From: an uncultured Collinsella sp.
GTDB taxonomy: Bacteria > Actinomycetota > Coriobacteriia > Coriobacteriales > Coriobacteriaceae
DNA: 64,000 nt
Direction: 5' to 3'
NCBI GenBank assembly: GCA_900554325.1
Contig: USHA01000001.1
Span: 5,300 to 69,299, forward strand
Part shown: positions 40,759 through 49,087 of the stretch, piece by piece
Numbering within the stretch: the first letter of the stretch is position 1
Layout: every line of letters starts with the position of its first letter
Made by a program: the position numbers and the translations under genes
Notes under the pieces: generated by a model
Databases searched by the model: none
What the model saw: the letters and a program-made list of their open reading frames with translations, nothing else
What the model was told of the DNA's origin: nothing

Positions 40759-41375
40759 TCCCCACCACCCGATAAGCTTGAGACCATATCCTCAAAGATT
40801 GCCTTTGCCTGCGGGGACAAATCGTCAAGAAACTGAGAACCAATAAAATCTTCTTCATTGTGGTAGAGCGCATCTTTTCGATTGCGATACAACCGTTCGC
40901 GACACGGCTCTGAAGACAGGCGCTCAAACACGAGCTGAGCGACGGCCATTCCCGGAGCAAGAGATATATTGTTTGGAGATGAGTTGTGCATGCCAATGCT
41001 CAATGTGCCAGCGTAGCTTGGATTGCAATGCTGCGCAGAGACCAAAAGACCGAACCGCGTGAAACGCGTTCTAGGCATAATGTGCGCTGCAATATCATCT
41101 GGAAGCTCGATACGTTCGGACAATTTGCAAAGCACGAACTGACCAGGTTTTAGAATATATCCATTTGATATATCGATAGATTCATATACAGAATCAACCG
41201 TCCTCTGGTCAAGAAGATTCACAATGCCAGGCATTGCAACGATTTCCTGTATTGAATCAGCCAAGGTTACATCGTAGGAGGACGACTGAAGGCGCTTCCC
41301 ATCAAAGGGCGCTATCAAAGGCCGAGGGTTTTCAATTAGCTTGAGAATCTCATTATCCGACAACAGCATTTTCAT
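40755..41375 (-). CDS. dCTP deaminase/dUTPase-fold protein with degenerate catalytic residues
   Basis: MLLSD, LQSSSYDVTL, LKPGQFVL, PGMAVAQLVFE; RSS replaced by RTR, DPG by NPS, LE by IG. Confidence 0.8.
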   Translation of the reverse strand: MKMLLSDNEILKLIENPRPLIAPFDGKRLQSSSYDVTLADSIQEIVAMPGIVNLLDQRTVDSVYESIDISNGYILKPGQFVLCKLSERIELPDDIAAHIMPRTRFTRFGLLVSAQHCNPSYAGTLSIGMHNSSPNNISLAPGMAVAQLVFERLSSEPCRERLYRNRKDALYHNEEDFIGSQFLDDLSPQAKAIFEDMVSSLSGGGE

Positions 41376-41699
41376 CCCTCCCACAAACGAGAAAATGAAT
41401 CTATTCAGTATACGCCAAACGACAGCACTCGGATTAAAAAACTGCGTTCATCTTGCATGCACTGAAAGTGACATTGAGTTGCAAGTTTATCGGAACGCAT
41501 CCCAAACTCAGCTAGACACACATCGATGAATCTGGCAATCATACCCCTCAGGAGCCGGACGGAGCGGCCCGGGGCAGATGGGGGCAGTGGCGTTAATGCC
41601 GTAACGAGCCTCATATGAATCGAATGCATCTAGGCATGCTTGACGCATCTCGAACTTCACCCCTCCAAATTGCCCTTGCGACATAAAACATGGCAACGG

Positions 41700-41993
41700 T
41701 CAGGCGACCTGCTGACATTCAAAACTCCGCTCGTAAAGTGCCTCGGGGGCAATGTCTATGTCGCCATCGCACCATGTCATGATGCCGTGTTCGAGCCGGA
41801 AATCCTTGAGGACGTCCTCGTCCTCAAGCGGCTCGAAGGCGGGCATGGATAAAAGGCAGCTGGCATCGAACAGGCGGGTCTCCCCCGTCGAGAACGTGAC
41901 GAGCAGGATGCGCTCGCCGACATACCGGGCATGGGAGACCTCGATGCCTTCAACGGGCTCCCCAGCATATGCGATGCCGTCGATGATGTACAT
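41700..41993 (-). CDS. DUF2442 domain protein (putative TA antitoxin)
   Basis: LLVTFSTGETRLFD, FEPL, TWCDGDIDIAPEALY. Confidence 0.85.
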   Translation of the reverse strand: MYIIDGIAYAGEPVEGIEVSHARYVGERILLVTFSTGETRLFDASCLLSMPAFEPLEDEDVLKDFRLEHGIMTWCDGDIDIAPEALYERSFECQQVA

Positions 41994-42001
41994 GCTACCT
42001 C

Positions 42002-42268
42002 CTACACGAGCGGCTCAATCTTGTCGAAGGGCTTTCCAGCAACCGCAAGATTCCATGCCCTGTACAACTCGTCTTCATGCAGAGCCAGCCAACCGGATAC
42101 GATGCGCAGCTGTTTCGCCGGAAGAGAGCCGGCCGACAGCTCCCCATCTATGGCAAGGGAAGCCCTGTATTCACCAAAGTAGACATGGACGTGCGACTAA
42201 TGATGCTTCTCACTGTCCATGTAGATCATCTTGATGACAATTCCGAGAAATCGAGTCGCCTCTGGCAT
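42002..42268 (-). pseudogene. DUF4160 domain protein with in-frame amber stop at codon 24
   Basis: MPEATRFLGIVIKMIYMDSEKHH*SHVHVYFGEY...WLALHEDELYRAW; TAG at 42197-42199; GAAGGAGG RBS. Confidence 0.85.
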
Positions 42269-42398
42269 GCACCCTCCTTCCAGCTGGCCCCAGGATACCC
42301 GAAAGCAGGTGCTGCCCTCCACCGAATAATGTGCCGCACGAGCACTGGCGGAAGCGCCAGAATTTCAACATGACCGCGTGGTGAACCTGAACCAAAAT

Positions 42399-42449
42399 CT
42401 CGTCATAGACGGACTTGGCTTCCCGCCGCTCGACATCGACGGCACGCGC
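42399..42449 (+). pseudogene. Possible IstB (IS21 helper ATPase) remnant
   Basis: LVIDGLGFPPLDIDGTR resembles the IstB Walker-B region LILDELGFLPLDxxGAR; very short. Confidence 0.35.
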
Positions 42450-42462
42450 AAAGCATGGCGCC

Positions 42463-43110
42463 CTATCTCAAGCGACACTGCTTCTCTACTCTCTTTTCAA
42501 CCTTCTCATCAATCAAACGATTATATGATTCGAGCAACGTGCGCCTTGCATCAGCCAGCTTTTGGCGCTCTTCAGGCTCTCCGACCGATTCACAAGCATC
42601 GTCAAGGCCCAAGCACTGCTCTCCCCCGATCTTCTCTACATGATTTAATACAAGCTGGTACTGATACATAGAAAACAAAAGGGAGTGATAGCTATCGATA
42701 AACGACGACAACGATTTACCCAAGTCGCCCTTGAATACAAATTTCGCTTCAAGGGCTAAATCCTGCAACTCTGCCAACTTACACAGAAGAAGCTGCTGGT
42801 AATCTTGCTCAAGCACATGCGCAATAGACGGACCAATGGAATAGAGATAAGCGTTATTGGTCATGAATTGAAAAGATAAATCGTTTGCCAAATCCGGGCC
42901 TTCTTGCCCCCTTTCTAGATATTTGCGATTTTTCTCACAAAGATTCATGAGGCTTCTAGCATTTGTCCACACGCTAAGCCGATGGTTAAAGAGCCCTTGC
43001 TTGTTTGACTGAGCTATTTGATAAAACGTGGCAAAAAGAGCCACTAGCGCGGTCGACGCCGTCACCACAGTATCAACATTCGATATAGCCATTTTACACC
43101 CCCCATTCAA
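42463..43110 (-). CDS. Hypothetical protein with N-terminal TM helix
   Basis: 215-aa ORF in AT-richer DNA; VVTASTALVALFATFYQI. Confidence 0.7.
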   Translation of the reverse strand: MNGGCKMAISNVDTVVTASTALVALFATFYQIAQSNKQGLFNHRLSVWTNARSLMNLCEKNRKYLERGQEGPDLANDLSFQFMTNNAYLYSIGPSIAHVLEQDYQQLLLCKLAELQDLALEAKFVFKGDLGKSLSSFIDSYHSLLFSMYQYQLVLNHVEKIGGEQCLGLDDACESVGEPEERQKLADARRTLLESYNRLIDEKVEKRVEKQCRLR

Positions 43111-43237
43111 TCAGATCCTAAGCTGTACCTGCAAGCAATTCATGTTGTGAGAATTCTCGCACGCCGCGCGGACATGATTGTCGACCTGGAGCCAAGCCTC
43201 ATGCTCATGGGGCATGGCACCGGCTCCCCCACGTGCC

Positions 43238-44068
43238 TTACCCCACGGTACAGAACATCTTAACCTTTCGGTTCCCCAACTCGTAAAAGCGCCGGGTCAG
43301 CTCGTCCTTTGAGATGTTTCCGCCGGTTTGGGCAAAGGTCCACGCCGCCGGGTTGTGCGCGGCGATCTCGGCGTCTATGTACAGGCCATCGTATTGCAGT
43401 TCGTGAGCGATGTCCCTTATGTCCCCGATATCCAAGACGTAGGGGATCGCGACCGCAACCCCACGGTAAAGCGCAATTCTCCACTCTCTTTGCAACGCGT
43501 ATTGCACCGCCTTTTTGAACGGCCCGAAACAAGTCCCCGGGAGTCCATCGGGAAAGAAGGCGTCCCCCAGCGCTTCCTCCATTTCAAGCAGAATATGATT
43601 GCCCAGATCCCGACCGGGAGCCAAGGCGGGAGGCCCATAGGCCACGGGCGAAAAGATGTATTCCGCCCCTTGGGCGGCCACCGCGCACACCACCCGTTTG
43701 AGAAACTGATCGATATCATCGATTGCGATGAAATACTCGCCGAGCTCGCGAGGGTTCCCTAGGGTCTCGATACACGGCAGTCCATTGATGTTCTTGACGG
43801 TATCCATGGCAAAGCAGAGGATATTACACGAGGCAAAACCAGATGGACACACTTGAGCGCAATGCATCTGCACCCTTCTGAACTCTATGGGCAATGCCCC
43901 CAGAGTCATCGGCTCAATCTCGAGGCTCAAACCTTCGGCGGCGTCCCTCTGGGCTTCGTTCCCGTTACTCCAAAAATACCCCAGGGAGTTCATGTAGAGC
44001 CTGCCGTTGAGGAATTCTTCTCTGTACTCCCGGCGACCAAAACCCTTGACGAGGCGGTAGCGTTCCAT
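43238..44068 (-). CDS. Hypothetical protein
   Basis: 276-aa ORF; LYMNSLGYF and K..QYALQREWR motifs, weakly DUF2971-like. Confidence 0.65.
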   Translation of the reverse strand: MERYRLVKGFGRREYREEFLNGRLYMNSLGYFWSNGNEAQRDAAEGLSLEIEPMTLGALPIEFRRVQMHCAQVCPSGFASCNILCFAMDTVKNINGLPCIETLGNPRELGEYFIAIDDIDQFLKRVVCAVAAQGAEYIFSPVAYGPPALAPGRDLGNHILLEMEEALGDAFFPDGLPGTCFGPFKKAVQYALQREWRIALYRGVAVAIPYVLDIGDIRDIAHELQYDGLYIDAEIAAHNPAAWTFAQTGGNISKDELTRRFYELGNRKVKMFCTVG

Positions 44069-44245
44069 CGTGTCCCCCGAAACCCTCGATCCTCATATCT
44101 AGCACTTTCCCGAAATTATGCCCCTATTCACGACGCCGCATAGGTAGACGTAAATATGCTGGATCGTTCTTGCCGAAGGCATCCTAAACAAAAGTCGGGT
44201 TTGAGTATCCAATAGATTAGGTATGACATATATTTTGATAAACCA

Positions 44246-44275
44246 ACCGCACCCAGTGTAAACACTGGGTGCGGT
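44246..44275. other. Perfect 14-bp hairpin upstream of Abi-like gene
   Basis: ACCGCACCCAGTGT-AA-ACACTGGGTGCGGT; second hairpin CGGTCT-AA-AGACCG at 44286-44299. Confidence 0.8.
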
Positions 44276-44279
44276 ATAA

Positions 44280-45155
44280 GAAACGCGGTCTAAAGACCGT
44301 CTTGCCTGCATTCTAACTTTACGCTATCGGAAAGACAAACGCACAGACGCCTATTCGCCAAAAGACGCACAGCCCCTGTTCGGAAGTGCTCGTGTCGCCA
44401 TCGTCCTCAATGCCGCCGATAACGCTGGAGAGACTCTGGAAGCTTGCGCATGGGAGCTCGATTTAGGGCAGGCATTATTAAAGCCGATCGGTTTGGCGGA
44501 AGTCATCGTTCGCAACTCCATAGACAGCGCAATTAACCAGTGGTGGATGGCCCAGGACCTTGAGAATACATGGACCACGTGCTCCGATATATATTCAAGC
44601 GCCCCCGTGCTCGCTCCGTTTGTCCATCGCACCGAATGGGAGAAGAGAGCCAAGCAGTATCTCCACGAAGGACAGGAGGTCGCTTCTCACGATGATATGA
44701 TTTCCCATGCAACCTTGGGAACATGGAAAAATATGGTTGGCAATCCTGCGGGGCTCAGTCCCCGCGCTCCCATAGAATCAGAACGGCGGGAATCATGGGA
44801 AGCCGCTCGGAAACGCGACGCCCAATGCGCAAGACTCTGGAAGGATGTCTTGTACCAAGCGTTTCCCAATATACCGAAGACCAAAAAGGAACGCGGAAAA
44901 CTATCCCCACGCGCATACATCGGCTTGAGACTCTCGAGAATGGGGTCTTTGCGAAACAGGGTATGCCACTGGGATAATCTGAGACTTGTTAACGTCAAGG
45001 GTCGTTATCAAGATGCTCTTGAGCTCATTCGTTCTGTCAGCCTGCCCGCATACGAATGGGCACGAGAAATATGTGATGCAGAAATCGCGGACTGCTTGTC
45101 GAGGCGCCCAGAATTCTTGAGTAGTGATGCAGCGACATCGGCGAAAGATGGCTGA
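44280..45155 (+). CDS. Abi-like (Abi_2/AbiF-related) HEPN protein; start codon unclear
   Basis: Frame open from 44280; AW...L...LAEVIVRNSID, TLGTW, LRNRVCH (RxxxxH); first canonical start is TTG 44493, inside the conserved region. Confidence 0.7.
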   Translation, partial: ETRSKDRLACILTLRYRKDKRTDAYSPKDAQPLFGSARVAIVLNAADNAGETLEACAWELDLGQALLKPIGLAEVIVRNSIDSAINQWWMAQDLENTWTTCSDIYSSAPVLAPFVHRTEWEKRAKQYLHEGQEVASHDDMISHATLGTWKNMVGNPAGLSPRAPIESERRESWEAARKRDAQCARLWKDVLYQAFPNIPKTKKERGKLSPRAYIGLRLSRMGSLRNRVCHWDNLRLVNVKGRYQDALELIRSVSLPAYEWAREICDAEIADCLSRRPEFLSSDAATSAKDG

Positions 45156-45371
45156 ACCATAGACAGAATTCGGGTGGAACGCAGGAGCTGAAACTCGAAT
45201 GGCGATATTTAGTCCTCCGCCACTTCGGACTGCCTCAAGGAGTTCACCCGCCTCCATCTTGCCATCGGCACAATCGAGTTTTCGTATGGACCGCTTGCGG
45301 GCAACCCCACCGAGTGGCTGCGCAGTAACCCAAATTGGTAACGGCTGTCAGCCGCGATGGCACCACCGGTC

Positions 45372-46802
45372 GGTAGTGTCGGAAAAGTTGGTGTAGCCGG
45401 TCTTTCTGGGACGGGCCGCAGCCTGAATCCCTCTGCATCATAGCATCACGCCGCCCTCCTCCCCGCGCCGGCGAGCTCCATCGCCGTCTCGACGATCATG
45501 AGGCCCCTCCTGCGCGACGCCTCGCTCTCGACGGGCTCGGGCCCCGCGGGCTCGGCCAGCTTGAGCATGGACTCGGGCGAGATGTAGCGCCTGCTCGACC
45601 AGTCCTCGTCCTGCTCGGCGCACACGGCGCCCACCAGGCGCAGCATCGACTCCGGGCTCGGGAACACCTGCACGACCCTCGACCTGCGCTCTATCTCCCT
45701 GTTCATGCGCTCCTGCACGTTGTTGGTGCGGATGCGGCGCCTGTGCTCGGCGGGGAAGTCCAGGTACGCGAGCGCGCCGGCCTCCGCGTCCTCGAGCAGC
45801 GCCCCCGCGGCGGCGGACAGGGCGCCGACCGCGTCGATCGCCGCGCGGTACGCCGACCTCACGGTGGCGGGGTCCGACTCGCGGAAGACCGCCTGCATCG
45901 CCTTGGCCGCCATCGCCCTATGGCGCTTGGAGGGCAGCAGGGAGCAGACGTCGCGCTCGAGGTGGACGGCGCAGCGCTGCCAGCCGGCGCCCGGCAGGCA
46001 CTCGGAGACCGCGCGCACGAGGCCCGCGTGGGCGTCGCTGACGACGAGGCGGACGCCCGAGAGCCCGCGCTCGCGCAGGCCGCGCAGGAAGCCGAGCCAG
46101 CCGGCGCGGGTCTCGGTGTCGATCGCCGCGATGCCGAGCATGCGGCGCACGCCGTCGGAGCCGACGCCGATCGCGGTGACGACGGCCGTTGACTGCACGC
46201 GACCGTCCCTCCTGCACTTGACGTACGTGGCGTCGAGGAACAGGTAGGGCACCTCGACTCCGGCCGGGCCGCGCGTCGCGAGCTCGCCGACCTCGGCGTC
46301 GAGCGACCTGCACATGGCGCTGACCTGGTCCTTCGAGGGCCTCTCGATGCCCATCTTGCGGGCGATGCGCTCCATCTTCCTCGTCGACACGCCGCTGGCC
46401 CACGACTCCGCGACCGCCGCGGCCACCGCCCTGTCGGCCCGCGAGTAGCGCTCGATTATGCCCTCTGGGAAGTAGGTGCCGGCGCGGAGCTTGGGTATGC
46501 GCAGGGTGATGTCGCCGACGGGGGTCGTCAGGCCCCGCTCGCGGTACCCGTTGCGGGCGTTTGAGCCGTCCTCGCAGATCATATCGGCCTGCGCGTCCAT
46601 CACCTCGTTGACCATCGACTCGAGCAGGGTGCGGGCCAGCTCCCTCATGTCGAGGAGCCCGTCGCCGTGGGTTGGGAGTTGCTGTAAAGTGTCCATTGCG
46701 GCCGTTGCCTTTCGAACGAATCCATCTCGTAGCTGATTTGAATTCTAGGCAGCGGCCGTCCCTTTAGCGACCTCCACTTACACCAACATTTCCGACGTGA
46801 TC
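45372..46802 (-). mobile_element. IS256 family insertion sequence
   Basis: Imperfect 25-bp IRs GGTAGTGTCGGAAAAGTTGGTGTAG / GATCACGTCGGAAATGTTGGTGTAA flanking the transposase. Confidence 0.88.
45446..46696 (-). CDS. IS256 family transposase
   Basis: RNGYRER, GVSTRK, FLDATY, VSDAHAGL, WQRCAVH, RTNNVQERMNREI. Confidence 0.95.
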   Translation of the reverse strand: MDTLQQLPTHGDGLLDMRELARTLLESMVNEVMDAQADMICEDGSNARNGYRERGLTTPVGDITLRIPKLRAGTYFPEGIIERYSRADRAVAAAVAESWASGVSTRKMERIARKMGIERPSKDQVSAMCRSLDAEVGELATRGPAGVEVPYLFLDATYVKCRRDGRVQSTAVVTAIGVGSDGVRRMLGIAAIDTETRAGWLGFLRGLRERGLSGVRLVVSDAHAGLVRAVSECLPGAGWQRCAVHLERDVCSLLPSKRHRAMAAKAMQAVFRESDPATVRSAYRAAIDAVGALSAAAGALLEDAEAGALAYLDFPAEHRRRIRTNNVQERMNREIERRSRVVQVFPSPESMLRLVGAVCAEQDEDWSSRRYISPESMLKLAEPAGPEPVESEASRRRGLMIVETAMELAGAGRRAA

Positions 46803-46991
46803 GAGAGTGAGCGTTGCACCTAGTCAGTATTGGCAACGCAGCGCGCCCATCCAATGAAGCTTGCTCAAAGCAGGTATCGCTCGTAAGGTCCCCAAAACAC
46901 GAACCGCCTTCGGATGGCCCGCCTCCAGTCATCCCCAACCAAAGGCAAGCCGTCTGAAGGCGGTTGCACGCAGCATGCAGTTCCGAAGCGG

Positions 46992-47230
46992 TTAGCGCTT
47001 CCTCCACACCATCTTGTCCACGATGCCGGTGTAGGACTGGATGCTCTTGACCACCTTGGTGGACACGTTCTCGTCGGCGTAGTCGGGAACGGGGGCCTGG
47101 GGAAGCGGCCCCTCCGCGTCCAGTGCCACGGCGGTGCGGACCGCGTTCAGCAGGCCGCGCCCGTCGATGCCGGCGAGCGCGAAGCAGGCCCTGTCGAGCG
47201 CCTCGGGGCGCTCGGTTGAGGTGCGGATGA
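46992..47230 (-). pseudogene. C-terminal fragment of UDP-N-acetylglucosamine 2-epimerase (FnlC/WbjD-like)
   Basis: IRTSTERPEA...PDYADENVSTKVV...YTGIVDKMVWRK; upstream end approximate. Confidence 0.75.
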
Positions 47231-47243
47231 CGCAGCGAGCGGC

Positions 47244-47498
47244 ACGGAGGGCGATCAGCATCACACTCCCCACGTGCACGCTAGCCATCAGAATGAAGCG
47301 TCGGCCAGCATCAGCCTGATGGACTCAAGCGTCCTTGAGTCTTCCCCGCGCTTCCACAAAAAGCGCCTCAGAACTGCCTGCCGCTGGGTGAAAGACAATC
47401 AGCAGGATCTCCTTGAGCGTTGGAACGACCTGACCGACGGCATCCGAGTGGATATCGATGTGCGCAGAGGCAAATCGAGGCTGTTCTATACACGTTGA
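47244..47498 (+). pseudogene. N-terminally truncated DUF4160-like protein
   Basis: TEGDQHHTPHVHA...WVKDNQQDLLERW. Confidence 0.6.
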
Positions 47499-47641
47499 TG
47501 CCGTTTTGGGGCGATGCCAACCTGATGCCCGGACCTAGGGTTCAACGATCACAACTGCCAAGGCATCCCAATCTGAAAGCAAATTCGAGAGATTACGCTC
47601 TCGCTGCGACTTTACCGCCACTCACAGCACCAAAGACAGCG

Positions 47642-49087
47642 TCAGTCCCTACCCGTTGCCTTGTTAATCTTCCTGTACATCTTGGATACATGGCCGCTAA
47701 TGGGATCATTCGGAAAAGCACTCTGCGCTCTTGCAACATATGAAAGATAGTTTCCGTAGCACCTTGGATCCGAAGCGCCTCGCTTGTCACTCGATCTGTT
47801 TCCCTTCGGAGAGTAATGCTCGTACAATGCGCTTACGCGTTTCTTGCTCGGGTGCTTGTCCGGACTATCAGCCAGTCTGCCGATTGATCTAGCAGCACGA
47901 TAAAACCTGTTGTAAAACCTGCCAACTGTAGATTGGCGAATTCGGACATCTTTGCCGTTGAAATCAAATCCAAGAAACGAAACATGATTTCCAGAATGCC
48001 GCGCGGTCCGCACAACTTCTATTTCTCCTGCGAGCAATGCGTCGAATGAAAGCCGCTCAACCTTCCCATCGTTTACACGGTGGATTTTGGTCTTTTCATC
48101 TTGTAGCTCAACTGCAGGAACTCGCTGTGCCAAGGCAAGTGCATTGCTTGCCGTTTTGAGATCCTTGGCTGGGACCACAATGATGAAGTCGTCGCAATAT
48201 CGTATATACCTGCCATTCACGCTGCCAACACACGCGTTAATCTGAGCGTCGGTATCAAACATATACATATTCGCCAAGACGCCACTTGTTGCCAGCCCCT
48301 GGGGGATGCCTCTCGCATCATGCCTTCCTTTCCAAGGGACAACGATCGAAGAATCCTTGCAAGCCGAAAACTCCGCAGGTGTCAAGATGCGCGGTAACCT
48401 GTTAAGGCTCCTCAACGCCTTGGATCGAACTTTGGACGCATAATTGCCAAACGTGAACGGGTCGTCCGGTTGAAGATCAATCCAGTCAAGCCCGTTCCTT
48501 CTCGCCAAATCGCCAACAGGCCAATAGCAATAATGCAATATGTTTTTCAGAACTTGGTAATGGTCCGGTGGAAGCACGCCCTCGTCAAAAAACCCTCTCA
48601 CGGCCTTGCGCAAGTAACGATGATCGAGGTTGTCAAAAAAATGAGTGAAGTCCCCCGTGATAACCAGCGAATCCCCCTGTTTGCGAATAGAATCAATCGC
48701 ATCCGCGGCAACAGTGTAATTCGTGAGGTGGAACCCGCTTCGATAGGCGGCGGCGACGCTGCTGATGCCCGCTTCTAAGGCACGGCGGTCATATAACTTG
48801 CCCCATTGGAGTGCGTAATACTGAAAAATCCTGTGATCCAAGTGAGATGCATATGCGACATCTCTCGTCTTCAGGGTCTTCTCACCATCCCTGAATCTCA
48901 CATGGCAAAGCGTATTCGCAATCAATGGAAGAAATGCGTGGCGCTGAATAAAATCAACGCTACAAACCCTCGCCTCGACATCCCTGAATGAGACGCGGTA
49001 ATCGAAATGAGCGTAGGTCTTCTTGGTCGCGTACCCTGGAATACGAGACGGGTCGAAATCGTCCACGGATCCACCGCCTTTAATCAA
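47642..49087 (-). CDS. Defence-associated reverse transcriptase, DRT2 (UG2) type; start TTG 49087 or GTG 49066
   Basis: YAHFD, HAFLPLI, RDVAYASHLD, DFTHFFDNLDH, LPPDHY, GIPQG, YIRYCDD, FLGFDF, LYEHYS, NYLSYVARA, collinear with DRT2 motifs as recalled; no fused domain. Confidence 0.88.
   Translation of the reverse strand: MIKGGGSVDDFDPSRIPGYATKKTYAHFDYRVSFRDVEARVCSVDFIQRHAFLPLIANTLCHVRFRDGEKTLKTRDVAYASHLDHRIFQYYALQWGKLYDRRALEAGISSVAAAYRSGFHLTNYTVAADAIDSIRKQGDSLVITGDFTHFFDNLDHRYLRKAVRGFFDEGVLPPDHYQVLKNILHYCYWPVGDLARRNGLDWIDLQPDDPFTFGNYASKVRSKALRSLNRLPRILTPAEFSACKDSSIVVPWKGRHDARGIPQGLATSGVLANMYMFDTDAQINACVGSVNGRYIRYCDDFIIVVPAKDLKTASNALALAQRVPAVELQDEKTKIHRVNDGKVERLSFDALLAGEIEVVRTARHSGNHVSFLGFDFNGKDVRIRQSTVGRFYNRFYRAARSIGRLADSPDKHPSKKRVSALYEHYSPKGNRSSDKRGASDPRCYGNYLSYVARAQSAFPNDPISGHVSKMYRKINKATGRD

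Noticed and set aside
40755..41375. Known antiphage dCTP deaminase
   Set aside because: That system is a kinase plus Zn-dependent deaminase; this protein has the dUTPase-like fold and no HAE/PCxxC motifs.
41548..41610. GC-rich stretch ending GTAACGAGCC as an ISL3-type end
   Set aside because: No partner inverted repeat or transposase found; too short to support.
47642..49087. RT as group II intron, retron, DGR or CRISPR-associated RT
   Set aside because: No maturase/endonuclease domain, no VTG retron motif, no TR/VR pair and no cas genes; the motifs and YCDD fit DRT2.
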